From NCBI GenBank assembly GCA_964291405.2, contig OZ219926.1:256001-320000 (forward strand): 64,000 nt of DNA, given 5' to 3'. Below are positions 30,757 through 42,216 of this stretch, one piece after another; position 1 is the first letter of the stretch, and each line of letters opens with the position of its first letter. A program made the translations under genes and the position numbers. Below the pieces are notes generated by a model, which searched no databases, was not told the origin of the DNA, and was given only the letters and a program-made list of their open reading frames with translations. Origin of the DNA: Thermodesulfobacteriota bacterium (GTDB taxonomy: Bacteria > Desulfobacterota > Binatia > Bin18).

Positions 30757-32001
30757 TCAGCCCGCTACTGGCGCAATGGAGGGATAGGGCTGCAAGACCT
30801 CTTTCATTGTTCGTGACTGGTCAAAGAAAGACAGCACCCGCAGCAAGACTTCGTCCACAATGGCATCTGGACAGGACGCCCCACAAGTGAGGGCGATATC
30901 AAGTGGACGGTGTTCGGGCAGCCAGTTCTGCGTAGTCTCGATCTGTTGCCGGTCTAAAACAAAATGGTCGATATGGGACGGGGAGACGATATCCTTTGCA
31001 CCCTGAACGAAATACGTCGGCATGGCCGCCCGACAGAGCTCGACAATATGCGAGGTGTTTGAGGAGTTATACCCGCCGACAACAAGGCCCAGATCGGCCC
31101 CATGCTCAATTAACGCATACGTGGCATGTTGGTTCTCATTCGTCGCATAACACAGGGTGTCGGACGTGTCGGCAAAGGTCTTACTCAGCCGCTCCTCACC
31201 ATAACGGTCGGCCAGGGCCTGACGCAAAATCCGGGCAACCTGCCGTGTTTCGGAAGCCAACATCGTGGTTTGGTTGACGACACCGATCCGTTGCAAATCG
31301 CGCTCAGGGTCGAAACCGTGAGAGCAAGTATGACCGAAGTGCGCAAAGAAAACGTCCGGCTCAAGTCGGCCACGAATAATGTCACCTAAGATATGAGCTT
31401 CTTCGAGATTGAGAACGACGACGGTCGGCGCATTTTGAATACTATGAGAGAAAGTCGCACGGGTTTCCTCATGAGAAGCTTTGCCATGCACGACCACGGT
31501 ATAGCCGCTACTGCCGAGTTGCGCACTCCGTTTCCAGACGCGCTCCACAAACGGACAGGTGGTATTATAGGTATACGGGTCTAATCCGCGTTGGGCTAAG
31601 GCGTCCTGGACCTCCACACTCGCCCCAAAGGCTGGTACGACCACAATATCCTCTGCGGTAAGTTCATCCCAGGCGATCAGGTGTTCGCCCGCGGAGGAAA
31701 AAATAAAGCGCACCCCTCGCTCCTGGAGGTCCTGATTCACTGCGGGGTTGTGGATCATTTCGCTTAAGAAAAAAATCCGCTTGTCGCTATTATCCTGAAG
31801 CGTCTGATACGCGATCTCGACCGCATTCTCCACGCCAAAACAGAAACCAAAATGGCGGGCAAGAATAAAGCGTACCGGGCCAAAGTCGAGCACCGTGGGC
31901 AGTAGGTCCTGCTTACGGGGGTCTTGCAGCTGACGGTGTTTTTTCACCCGGGAAATGATGGGACTTTTATAGAAGTCTGGGATATGAAACTGCCGAGCCA
32001 T
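30757..32001 (-). CDS. ispH: 4-hydroxy-3-methylbut-2-enyl diphosphate reductase (long form)
   Basis: GFCFGV, IHNP, TCPFV, HEET, NQTT, TLCYAT..NQ, GGYNSSNT, GASCP; three Fe-S cysteines. Confidence 0.95.
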   Translation of the reverse strand: MARQFHIPDFYKSPIISRVKKHRQLQDPRKQDLLPTVLDFGPVRFILARHFGFCFGVENAVEIAYQTLQDNSDKRIFFLSEMIHNPAVNQDLQERGVRFIFSSAGEHLIAWDELTAEDIVVVPAFGASVEVQDALAQRGLDPYTYNTTCPFVERVWKRSAQLGSSGYTVVVHGKASHEETRATFSHSIQNAPTVVVLNLEEAHILGDIIRGRLEPDVFFAHFGHTCSHGFDPERDLQRIGVVNQTTMLASETRQVARILRQALADRYGEERLSKTFADTSDTLCYATNENQHATYALIEHGADLGLVVGGYNSSNTSHIVELCRAAMPTYFVQGAKDIVSPSHIDHFVLDRQQIETTQNWLPEHRPLDIALTCGASCPDAIVDEVLLRVLSFFDQSRTMKEVLQPYPSIAPVAG

Positions 32002-32052
32002 GCTACGTTCTCTTCACCCTAACCCATGCTCTGGACGAGCGGAAAGCCTTGA

Positions 32053-33324
<1,272 letters not shown>

Positions 33325-33392
33325 AGACCCTTACTCCCTGAGACAAACACCGTAGCGGGACGGCCCACTGCCGCTTTCCTGTAGGGCTTAGT

Positions 33393-34568
33393 ATGGATAT
33401 TCCTGATCAAGCAGATAGCCTTCTCAAAGCCGTACATGACCTCGCTCCCCAGGTCCGTTCGCTCAGTCATCAGATCGAAACCCAGCGTCGCCTTCCCCAG
33501 TCTCTTGTTGATGCTATGGCTGCCGCAGGCCTCTTTCGTCTGCTCATTCCTCGCTCGCTTGGCGGTCTTGAGATTGATGTCTCTACATTCATCCAGATTA
33601 TTGAGGCAGCCGCAGCCTTGGACGGGTCAGTCGGCTGGTCAGCCATGATCGGTGCAACAGGAGGGCTGACGAGCGGCTATCTTCCGCTGGAAACTGCTCG
33701 GGAGATCTATGGCAGCGATCCTCATATCATCACTGCCGGGTCCCTTGCTCCACACGGTAAGGCCAGACTAGTCGAGGGAGGCTATCACGTTACAGGACGT
33801 TGGCCTTTTAACAGTGGTTGTGAATATTGCGCCTGGCTCATGGGCAACTGCATTATCCATGAGGCTGATGAATCTCCCCATCTGCGTTCCGACGGACAGC
33901 CAGATATTCGTCTGATGCTCTTTCCTTCGGCGGAAGCCGAGATCATCGACACGTGGTCAGTCTCCGGCCTGCGAGGAAGCGGCAGTCATGACATCGCGAT
34001 CCATGACCTCTTTATTCCTGCAGAGAGAACCGTAGCATATGGCCTTGAGCCTCCTACGCAGCCTGGTCCGCTCTATGCCTTCCCCACCTTTGGCCTATTG
34101 GCAATCAGTGTTGCCAGCGTAGCCGTAGGCATGGCTCGAGGCGGTATTGATTGTCTTATGGAAGTTGCACGCACCAAGATTCCAACCGGAGGGCGTCGCC
34201 CGCTCTGCGAACGCCCATTCATCCACATGCAGGTGGCACAGGCCAGAGCGCGGCTCCAGGCAGCCCGCGCTGGACTCTTTGCGATAGCCCAAGAGATATG
34301 GGATATGGCGTGTCAGAAAGAAGCAATTCCCCTCGAGCAGCGGGCGGCTATCCGTCTTGCAGCCAACCACGCCACCAGCGAGTCAGCCGCAGTGGTAGAT
34401 AGCATGTATACGGTCGCGGGGACCAGTGCCATCTGGGACACGAGTCCGCTCCAGCGGGCTTTCCGCGACATCCACGTGCTGACCCAACACGCGGTCATCG
34501 CGCCACCCCTGTATGAACTTGCCGGTCGGGTATTGTTTGGCCTCAGAACCGATACGTCGATGCTATAG
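33393..34568 (+). CDS. Acyl-CoA-dehydrogenase-fold flavin-dependent monooxygenase (group D; HsaA/HpaH/IacA-like)
   Basis: RRLP...AGLFRLLIPRSLGG, GRWPFNSGC, DTWSVSGLRGSGSHD, LQRAFRDIHVLTQH. Confidence 0.85.
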   Translation: MDIPDQADSLLKAVHDLAPQVRSLSHQIETQRRLPQSLVDAMAAAGLFRLLIPRSLGGLEIDVSTFIQIIEAAAALDGSVGWSAMIGATGGLTSGYLPLETAREIYGSDPHIITAGSLAPHGKARLVEGGYHVTGRWPFNSGCEYCAWLMGNCIIHEADESPHLRSDGQPDIRLMLFPSAEAEIIDTWSVSGLRGSGSHDIAIHDLFIPAERTVAYGLEPPTQPGPLYAFPTFGLLAISVASVAVGMARGGIDCLMEVARTKIPTGGRRPLCERPFIHMQVAQARARLQAARAGLFAIAQEIWDMACQKEAIPLEQRAAIRLAANHATSESAAVVDSMYTVAGTSAIWDTSPLQRAFRDIHVLTQHAVIAPPLYELAGRVLFGLRTDTSML

Positions 34569-34597
34569 CCATCCGGCCACTTTCCTCTTCTCGTATG

Positions 34598-37405
34598 TCA
34601 GGGAACGACTTTTTTGAGCAACTGGAGGCTGACCTGAGGGTCGTGGTACGGGCCGCTGACCTGAAACGGCAGTGCCGTGAGTCGGTCGGTACTCTGGGCG
34701 AGCAGCTTGCCCGCCAACGGGACCTTTTCAACAACACTCGTAATCCCACGCAGTGGAATCACATCGGTTGTGATATCAAGCATTTTCTGCCGTAAGTCCA
34801 CTTGGCCTCGCGCGTCCAGGCGAACGGCCTCTCCGATGAGAGAAAGATTCTCTGTGGTGAGTTCCCCGTGTTTCACAACAATATCTCCAGTCAGCGAAGA
34901 AAAGGGGAGTCCTTCGCGGGGCAACTGCGGCAACGAAAAGCTGAGAAGACTTTGCAGACTGATGGCGGTCCAGAGCCGAACGAGAATCGGGAGTTGCTGA
35001 GCAATCCCATCTTTAACTGAGAGCGTCAATTCACCATCCCATTCCTCTGGGTCATCCCAGAACTCCCAATTGACAACCTCGATGTCGCCGCTGGCATCTA
35101 AGATGCCTGAGAGGGTATCGGTCGGATGGCCAAGAGCCGCAAAAAAATCTGCCGCCTCAACCTGGCTTACCTGCGGTGCGAACGAGAGTGCGGACGAGTC
35201 AAGCCAAAACGTCCCTTCTCCCCGAATATGGCCTGCTGAGACACCAGCTTCTTCGAGGCGAAAATCGACCTGACGATCATGCCGGTCAACAAAGGCCCGG
35301 ACCGGTGCCGCGCTCAATGTCTTATACCGCACCCGGTCGCAGTGGACATCGACACGTACCTTGTTCTGTTCTGCTGTCTCTCTCTTCTCCGGTTGAACGG
35401 CATCAGGGATCAAGATCGAGTCGAAATCCAGCTCGCCACATTCCAGGCTGACGCGCAACTCCAGGGGCTCAAAGCTCAGCAACTCACCCGAGCCCGCCAC
35501 ACTCCCGCCGGGCAGGCTGGCCTGCTCAATGACAAATCGGCCCTGCTGTCCCTGCCAGGAGAATTGTCCGCGCGCGATATCGAGCGGCTCAAGAAACGAC
35601 AGCACGTCCACACGGGCTTGGCTCAGCGCAATCCTCCCCTCGGTCTCCAGGCTGTGACGTTGCGGACCAAACCGGGCAACCAGACTGCCGCTGAGCTGTC
35701 CAGACTGCAGGTCAACCACAGTCTCGTCAAGCAGCGGAACAAAATCCTGGACGGTCGCCTGCGGGATGGACAGGGCAACACGTCCCTGCTGTGAGGCAGT
35801 AAAGGGCCGCTCGATCGTTCCCTCCAGGGACCCGACCGAGGTCCCTACACGAAAACGGATATCCTGTAGCCTTGCCTCCTCCGGCGTGAGATGCACGGTC
35901 CCGTTCACCTCGGACAGGGTCAGCCCCCACTCGGGAAGGGCCATGCCGGCGGAACGCCATTCCAGCGTCGCGGCGTACGAGAGCTGGGTGCTCCTGCCAG
36001 GGGGAAGTTGCGCGCGCAGCCGAAGGTCAGCCTGCCCTGACGGCTGGTGCACTGCTGGCAGGAACGCCTCCCGTTCTTTGCGTGAAACGAATGAGAGCAA
36101 AGAGTCTAGGTCATCGGCGAGATCTATCTGCGCGGCGAGTCTGACTCCGAGCGTTGGCGACTCTTTTGAGAACAGAGGTCCCCAGTCAACACTCAACTCC
36201 GTGAGCACCGAGGATCGTCCGTACGAGCCCCCCAGTTTCGAGGCGTGCAGTTGACCGTCCTGCAAACGAAGTTGTCCCGAGGTCAGACGAGCCGGGAGAC
36301 CATTCTTCACAAACCGGCCCTCCACCTCTTCAAGCGTGGCGTTGAAGATGAGCGAGGCTGAATTTTCAGCCAAATTTTCGAGCAGCCCAGCGACCGGCGC
36401 GACCACTACCCATGAGGAAGCGTAAGGCGGATTCTCCCAGCGCAAGTCTGTCAGGTCGATGCTGCCACGCTCAATCGTCAGGGGTGAAAGACGGGCCTCT
36501 CGTACGCTTATTCGACCCGAGACGGTCGTACTCGCGTTCGCCCTTCCGGTATACTTCCCCGAGAAGTCTGCACGAGCCGAGGGCCAATCTACCCCAAACC
36601 ATGTACCCAACTCCTGGACGGCAACATTCTGGAGGCGAATGTCGCCTCGCCATTCTGCTGGAGACGCGTTCGGTGTCGTCTCCCAGTATGGAGAGTGAGA
36701 ACGGAGCGTCAGTTGTCCAACATCTCCATTCCTACCCAAGTCCGCGCTCAACTCTCCCCATACACCACCTATATCCCAAGCAATCCGTAGCCGCGCACGA
36801 GTGAAGATCACGGGAACTCCGGTAGATATTTGCCGAAAGACAAGCGTCGCATCTTCCAGGACAAGTTGGTGGACCGACAGTTGTGGGGAAAACCAGAGAT
36901 TGGCATCAGACGGAGTTTCCTCAGCCTCGGCTTCTTGGATAAACGGATTCACCTGATGAGAGAACAGGCGCGCAACCGGAGCGGTCGATTCAGCATTCGA
37001 TATCGGTCGCGCGAGCTGGACGCTCGGCTTCAGGAAGAAAATATGACGAAAGAGCAGTTGCCCGCGTAAGAGCGCCTTAAGATCAAGCACGAGATCAATG
37101 CGTTCGGCAGTCATCAATGGATCGGTACCGCCATACGCCTGCACACGGACCGTCTTGAACTGAACCCCCACCCCCTGTCGAAAGGAGAGCGTACTCGATG
37201 CAATCTCCACTTCTGCGCGCAAGAACTCTTCCAGTTCTTGTTCAAGGAAGGCAACATAGCGCTGTTCGGACAAGAACCAGCCGGCGAGAAGAAGCCCCAC
37301 CAGGACGCCACTCAATCCAAGGACAACCAAGCCCAGAGTCAGTCGCCGCAGGTAGCGAAATATTCGGGGTCGCTGTTCTTCCGTTTCCGTCTCAGATCGG
37401 GTCAT
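34598..37405 (-). CDS. AsmA-like (YhdP/DUF3971-type) envelope protein
   Basis: Single N-terminal TM, beta-rich body, C-terminal AsmA_2 signature (GLPFSSLTGD, GQVDL, IP...EKVPLAG, FQVSGPYHDPQV). Confidence 0.8.
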   Translation of the reverse strand: MTRSETETEEQRPRIFRYLRRLTLGLVVLGLSGVLVGLLLAGWFLSEQRYVAFLEQELEEFLRAEVEIASSTLSFRQGVGVQFKTVRVQAYGGTDPLMTAERIDLVLDLKALLRGQLLFRHIFFLKPSVQLARPISNAESTAPVARLFSHQVNPFIQEAEAEETPSDANLWFSPQLSVHQLVLEDATLVFRQISTGVPVIFTRARLRIAWDIGGVWGELSADLGRNGDVGQLTLRSHSPYWETTPNASPAEWRGDIRLQNVAVQELGTWFGVDWPSARADFSGKYTGRANASTTVSGRISVREARLSPLTIERGSIDLTDLRWENPPYASSWVVVAPVAGLLENLAENSASLIFNATLEEVEGRFVKNGLPARLTSGQLRLQDGQLHASKLGGSYGRSSVLTELSVDWGPLFSKESPTLGVRLAAQIDLADDLDSLLSFVSRKEREAFLPAVHQPSGQADLRLRAQLPPGRSTQLSYAATLEWRSAGMALPEWGLTLSEVNGTVHLTPEEARLQDIRFRVGTSVGSLEGTIERPFTASQQGRVALSIPQATVQDFVPLLDETVVDLQSGQLSGSLVARFGPQRHSLETEGRIALSQARVDVLSFLEPLDIARGQFSWQGQQGRFVIEQASLPGGSVAGSGELLSFEPLELRVSLECGELDFDSILIPDAVQPEKRETAEQNKVRVDVHCDRVRYKTLSAAPVRAFVDRHDRQVDFRLEEAGVSAGHIRGEGTFWLDSSALSFAPQVSQVEAADFFAALGHPTDTLSGILDASGDIEVVNWEFWDDPEEWDGELTLSVKDGIAQQLPILVRLWTAISLQSLLSFSLPQLPREGLPFSSLTGDIVVKHGELTTENLSLIGEAVRLDARGQVDLRQKMLDITTDVIPLRGITSVVEKVPLAGKLLAQSTDRLTALPFQVSGPYHDPQVSLQLLKKVVP

Positions 37406-37413
37406 GCTTACGT

Positions 37414-38262
37414 CTATTCAGTCGTACCAGGAGAAAGTTCATCCGCGACGAAGTCGTGAATAGTTTGGAAATACCGTTGCCCAGCAATCCTGTACAGGCC
37501 AACATGTTCCCCACCCGGGACTTCATAAAACTGCTTGGGTTGAGAGGCCAGTTCATACAGGTCGCGCCCCTGCTGAAAGGGCACGAGTCCATCCCGGGTG
37601 CCATGAATAACGAGCAGTGGAACCGTGAGCTTTGGAATAAGCCGGGCTGAGTTGAGATCGTCTTTCACTAAGAAGGCCAGGGGTCGGAGCAGAAGCAGGG
37701 TTTGTCCCATCGCGTGCAGGGAGTAAAACGGGGCTTCCAGAATCATACGTTCCGGGCGCACCTCCAGTGCGGGGTCAACCGCAAGGGCAATCGCGACCGC
37801 ACAGCCCAGGGATTCGCCAAAAAAGACGAGTCGCTTTCCTTTGCTCCAGCCCCGTTCCTGAATGAGCCGAATAGCGGCCCGGCCATCGGATACAATACCG
37901 GGAATCGACGGACGACCATGACTCAGACCGTAGCCCTGGTAATCAAACAAGACGTGGCTGCCGCCAACATGAGTGTGCATCAAATAGGCGTGCTCTAATC
38001 GATGCTTAATATTGCCGCCATTCCCGTGAAACCAGATAAAGATGACGTCCCCCGGGCCGGGAATATACCAGCCGTGCAAGAGCGTCCCATTCTCTCCTCC
38101 AAAGCGAATGTCCTCGTAGGCAAGCTCATAAACGGCTGGCGTGACGTCCACAGTCGAGCTGGGATGGAAAAGGAAAAAATTCTTCAGCCATTCGGCCGGA
38201 GCGACAAGAGTCGAGGCAAAAAAAGCACTCCAGCCAAGAACGATCTGCGTCATGCTTGTCAC
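37414..38262 (-). CDS. Alpha/beta hydrolase (ABHD13/BEM46-like)
   Basis: FHGNGGN, DYQGYG, nucleophile GESLG, HGTRD, GGEH. Confidence 0.9.
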   Translation of the reverse strand: MTSMTQIVLGWSAFFASTLVAPAEWLKNFFLFHPSSTVDVTPAVYELAYEDIRFGGENGTLLHGWYIPGPGDVIFIWFHGNGGNIKHRLEHAYLMHTHVGGSHVLFDYQGYGLSHGRPSIPGIVSDGRAAIRLIQERGWSKGKRLVFFGESLGCAVAIALAVDPALEVRPERMILEAPFYSLHAMGQTLLLLRPLAFLVKDDLNSARLIPKLTVPLLVIHGTRDGLVPFQQGRDLYELASQPKQFYEVPGGEHVGLYRIAGQRYFQTIHDFVADELSPGTTE

Positions 38263-38313
38263 TGTATCGTTGCTCTACTCGCGCAGGCCGGAAGATGGAG
38301 CGTGGAGATGTTC

Positions 38314-38775
38314 CTACGGTTTCACCTTCTGGTGGGCCGGTCGTTTCTTCTTTTGATATAAGCCAGTCCGCCCTTCTAACAAATCACGTTGGGCGAGCTC
38401 TTCTTCCGGACTGTCCTGACCACTCACAAAGCGATAACTAGCCTGCACGAACTCGTCGACCTTTCCTTCGTCCGTCAATGTCTCCGCACTGAGCGCAAGA
38501 TATTCCCGCATCACAAACTCCCCGCCACCGGGATGAAAAAGGTCTCCAGCCCGACTGGCACTCGCGGAAATTAGCTGCATGGCTGGGAGTTTTAAGGCCA
38601 GATCTTCGCCTAGGAGAAAAGAAAAGGGATTACCATTGGCATAGTAGCACAGGCCGCCAAACATGCGGCGATGCGTGACCCCCGTCAGTCCCAAACGGGC
38701 AATTGCTTCATCCAGAGTCAACTGATGACGTGGAGGCGGACGCTTCGCCTTTTGCTTTGATATCTTTTGTGCCAC
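38314..38775 (-). CDS. TfoX N-terminal domain protein
   Basis: RRMFGG.CYY.NG..F, LALKL, MREY. Start at GTG 38775 inferred to avoid overlap. Confidence 0.75.
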   Translation of the reverse strand: MAQKISKQKAKRPPPRHQLTLDEAIARLGLTGVTHRRMFGGLCYYANGNPFSFLLGEDLALKLPAMQLISASASRAGDLFHPGGGEFVMREYLALSAETLTDEGKVDEFVQASYRFVSGQDSPEEELAQRDLLEGRTGLYQKKKRPAHQKVKP

Positions 38776-38824
38776 GACGATCAAGATAGAAGGGAAAGAT
38801 AGAATGGATACCTGCGTCTGCTGT

Positions 38825-39301
38825 CTACAAGAGATCCTGTGGCCCCTCTCCCTCCATGACGCCTCCAGGGGCGGCGACCAACCCCAATCCGACCAGGACC
38901 CAGAGCAGGACAATACCGCACACAATCCCTATGGCAATCGCGCTCCAGTACGACGCGAGTTCACCACCTTGTTGGATATGCAGGGCAATGGCCCGGCCCT
39001 GCAGACGAGTCGTCAGGAAATACATGACAAACACCTGGAGACCCACCAGTAGCGCCTCAAGCATGCGTTGCTCTTGCGGGATTAATCTGCTGAGGAGCAA
39101 CGAGCCTACCGTCAGCATCCCCGTCCAGAGAAAAACATCTCGAATGGCGCGGGGTTGAGACAGTCTCCGGCAGTTCATTGACAGCAGCACACCACCGGCA
39201 AGGGGAGAACCGAGGAAGGTGGCGAGGACAACTGCCCACACAGAATAGAGAGGCTCCTCCAGGTTATTCGTCCTGTGGCTCGGTAGATCAGTCGGCGGCA
39301 T
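38825..39301 (-). CDS. Hypothetical membrane protein (about 4 TM)
   Basis: LYS...LATFLGSPLAGGVL...N.RRL, QG..I..H...GG..AS.W. ATG 39301 with GGAG SD. Confidence 0.7.
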   Translation of the reverse strand: MPPTDLPSHRTNNLEEPLYSVWAVVLATFLGSPLAGGVLLSMNCRRLSQPRAIRDVFLWTGMLTVGSLLLSRLIPQEQRMLEALLVGLQVFVMYFLTTRLQGRAIALHIQQGGELASYWSAIAIGIVCGIVLLWVLVGLGLVAAPGGVMEGEGPQDLL

Positions 39302-39474
39302 AGCCCTCTCCACAAAAGATATTCGTCGGTCACGGTCGGCACACGAAGGTGCTCTGAGGCTACCCTTTGCCCCAGGACAATTCAACTGAGTATGACACCG
39401 GTGCTCGTGCGTGTGTTTGCTTCCTCACCACGGGCTATGCCACACTCAGGGTATGCCGTCCAGGAGGCCAGCGT

Positions 39475-39872
39475 ATGGCAAGAGGCATAGTCATCATCAT
39501 TTTGAGTTTTGGGGTTCTTGCCTGGCCGCAGGTGGGACTTGGGCAAGGCACGATTTACACCTGGGTTGATAGCAAGGGGACCGTCCACTATTCCGACACA
39601 CCAACCCGTGAAGCCCGCTCGATCAATGACGAGCTTCCACCGGCGGCGAGTTTTGGGATGCAACCGGATTCCGTGCCACAATCGGAAACACCACCCCCTG
39701 CTCTTCCGGCCCAAGGAGTGACAGCAGACGCGGCCGCTGATGCCTCTGAGCGTGAAGGGTATTTAACTCATGGGATGAAGAGGCTGAAGGCGGCCCATTC
39801 GGACGAGACGAAGATTTTGCACTCGGTCGAGATGGGCCGTTCGGCACAGACGACAGCGACGCCAACTATTGA
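39475..39872 (+). CDS. DUF4124 domain exported protein (apparent frameshift near 39757)
   Basis: Signal peptide, IYTWVDSKGTVHYSDTP. Adding one G to the GGG at 39757-39759 gives an acidic tail ending at TGA 39870-39872 and removes a long overlap with the convergent gene. Confidence 0.7.
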
Positions 39873-40735
39873 AAGGATTCATCGCACTCAGCAACGGTTT
39901 CAGGATCGGTGGCGACTTGATCGGCCCACTCGCGGGTCTGGAACCAGTACTGGCTTCGCTGCTCAAGCCAGCCGCTAGCCTTGTTGGCCTCGATCCAGGT
40001 ATTGAAGAAATTTAGGGTATCGAGGTCACCTTTCCGCACGGCTATCGCTCCCACTTCCGAGGCAAACGGCGCTTCAGAAGGCCGGTAGAGCGTGGTCGGA
40101 TGGGCTTCAACCCACGTGTTCCGCGTTGTCGCGAACGCCGCCGCGGCATGAGCGTCACCTGCGACGACTGCCTGAAGGACAGCGTTATCGGTATCAAAGA
40201 GCAGTAACATGGCATCAGGAAAAACACTCTCGACAAACCTCACGGACGATGCTCCCCGACGGGTCGCAATCGTAACATCGGCACTGTTAAAATCTGCCAG
40301 TGTTCTCAAGGTGGCGGCTGCTTCGGTATTCGCCACGAGATAGACACCAGTAGAGTTGTACGTTGACGTGAAATTGACCCGGAGATTGCGCTCCGGAAGG
40401 GTCGTCATACCACTAATAATGACGTCAAACTCCTCAGCAATCAGTTCCGAGATGATGTAGGTCCAGTTCGTCCGCGCAAATTCAAGCTCAACCCCCATGT
40501 CTGCGGCTACTTTGGTCGCGACATCGATCTCGAAGCCGATCAGTTCGCCGTCTGCATTGCAGGCCGACCAGGGCTCGAACAGGCCGAGACCAACTTTCAG
40601 AGTCCCACGATCCTGGACCTCCTCGATAACGCTATCGAAAGCCCACCACGGGAAAAACTCGGCCGTCGCGCGCGAGCTGAAACCGCCAATCAGGGCAGTA
40701 ACGACCAGACCACACAATACGTGCTTTATCCGCAT
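39866..40735 (-). CDS. Polar amino acid ABC transporter substrate-binding protein (family 3)
   Basis: Signal peptide, RGTLKVG, GFEIDVA, DVIISGMT..PERNLRVNFT, AVRKGD. Confidence 0.88.
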   Translation of the reverse strand: MRIKHVLCGLVVTALIGGFSSRATAEFFPWWAFDSVIEEVQDRGTLKVGLGLFEPWSACNADGELIGFEIDVATKVAADMGVELEFARTNWTYIISELIAEEFDVIISGMTTLPERNLRVNFTSTYNSTGVYLVANTEAAATLRTLADFNSADVTIATRRGASSVRFVESVFPDAMLLLFDTDNAVLQAVVAGDAHAAAAFATTRNTWVEAHPTTLYRPSEAPFASEVGAIAVRKGDLDTLNFFNTWIEANKASGWLEQRSQYWFQTREWADQVATDPETVAECDESFQ

Positions 40736-41019
40736 CGGACACCTCCTTTAAAGATTCGCTCCTCTCAGCCCCTAGCACACGTGACGCGGTTTTCAAAATC
40801 TAAGTGGGCGCTCGGGTGATCGACGTATCCTCTCTCTACGTCACACCACCATTTGCTCCTACCGTTCTTGCTGGGCTTGACCGGGACATCTTCAGCTTAT
40901 CGACCGGCTGTCTCAGGCGAGGTCTGGTCGAAAGCAGAGAACAGCGCTAGTATTGGCTCATACTCACCGCGACGTTCGCAAACCGGCCCACTGCGGCCAA
41001 ACGAAAAAGGGGGTGCAGT

Positions 41020-42216
41020 GTGAGTGCGCTGGATCATATTCGAATACTCGATTTAACCCAATTTGAAGCCGGCCCTTCGTGTACTGAAATTCTGGCCTTT
41101 CTCGGTGCAGACGTGGTGAAGGTGGAGCCGCCCAAAGGAGGGGACCAGGGCCGGTATCTCATTACCGATAAGCCGGGACTCGACTCACCCTACTTTCTCT
41201 TGTTGAACGCCAGCAAAAAAAGCATCAGCATCAATCTCAAAAGCGAAAAAGGGATGAGCATCTTTAAGCAGCTCGTGCCCCATTTTGACGTCCTGGTCGA
41301 GAATTACGGTCCGGGTGCCATCGCCAAACTGGGTCTGGGGTATGACGTTGTCTCGGCAATCAATCCGCGGATTGTCTACGCTCAGGTTAAAGGGTTTGGG
41401 ACCTACGGCCCATATTCTGGATTCAAGAGCTTTGACATGATTGCGCAGGCCACCGGCGGAGCTATGAGCGTCACAGGCACGCAGGACACGCCACCGCTCC
41501 GCCCTGGTCCGACCATAGGCGATACCGGAACCGGAATCCACTGTGCCGTGGGTATTCTCTCTGCCCTGCTCCAGCGCGAGAAGACCGGTACCGGTCAACG
41601 GGTCGAAGTGGCCATGCAGGATGCGGTGGTGAATCTGACCCGCATTGGCATGATGAGTCATTATTACGGCAGCGTCCCGGCCCAACGCTCGGGCAATCGG
41701 CTCGCAGGTCTGGCCCCAACCGATCTCTATCCATGCGCACCGGGCGGTCCCAACGATTATGCCTACATCATTAACACGACCCCGGCGATGTGGGAGGGCA
41801 CCCTGACAACCATCGGACGTGCGGACCTCATCAGCGACCCACGCTTTTGCGACCAGAAGAGTCGCAATGAGCACTTTGACGAAGTGTTTGCCATCATTGC
41901 GGACTGGACGAAACAGCGCGACAAATTTGCGGTTATGAAAGCTTTTGGTAAAGCCGGCGTGCCGTGTGGAGCCGTGCTCGACAGCGGCGATATCCTCGCC
42001 AACGAACACCTCAAAGAGCGCGGTATGATCACAACGGTTGAGCATCCAACGCGTGGGTGTTTCACCATGCCGGGCTGCGCAGTTCAGATGTCAGATTCTC
42101 CATCTGAGGTTCATCCTGCTCCGCTCTTGGGGCAGCACAATGCCGATATTTTCGGCTCCCTCCTGGGTCTGACGGAAGGCGATTTGGCGGGACTCAAGGA
42201 CGACGGCATTATCTAG
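41020..42216 (+). CDS. Family III CoA-transferase (formyl-CoA transferase-like)
   Basis: LDLTQFEAGPSCT..LAFLGADVVKVE, DVLVENYGPG, catalytic Asp in GDTGTG, APLLGQHN. Confidence 0.92.
   Translation: MSALDHIRILDLTQFEAGPSCTEILAFLGADVVKVEPPKGGDQGRYLITDKPGLDSPYFLLLNASKKSISINLKSEKGMSIFKQLVPHFDVLVENYGPGAIAKLGLGYDVVSAINPRIVYAQVKGFGTYGPYSGFKSFDMIAQATGGAMSVTGTQDTPPLRPGPTIGDTGTGIHCAVGILSALLQREKTGTGQRVEVAMQDAVVNLTRIGMMSHYYGSVPAQRSGNRLAGLAPTDLYPCAPGGPNDYAYIINTTPAMWEGTLTTIGRADLISDPRFCDQKSRNEHFDEVFAIIADWTKQRDKFAVMKAFGKAGVPCGAVLDSGDILANEHLKERGMITTVEHPTRGCFTMPGCAVQMSDSPSEVHPAPLLGQHNADIFGSLLGLTEGDLAGLKDDGII

Noticed and set aside
41185-42045. Long antisense ORFs (41185-42045, 32356-33048, 29278-29937, 2614-3246 and others)
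   Set aside because: They lie opposite well-supported genes and have no recognisable motifs; such shadow ORFs are expected from codon bias at this GC content.
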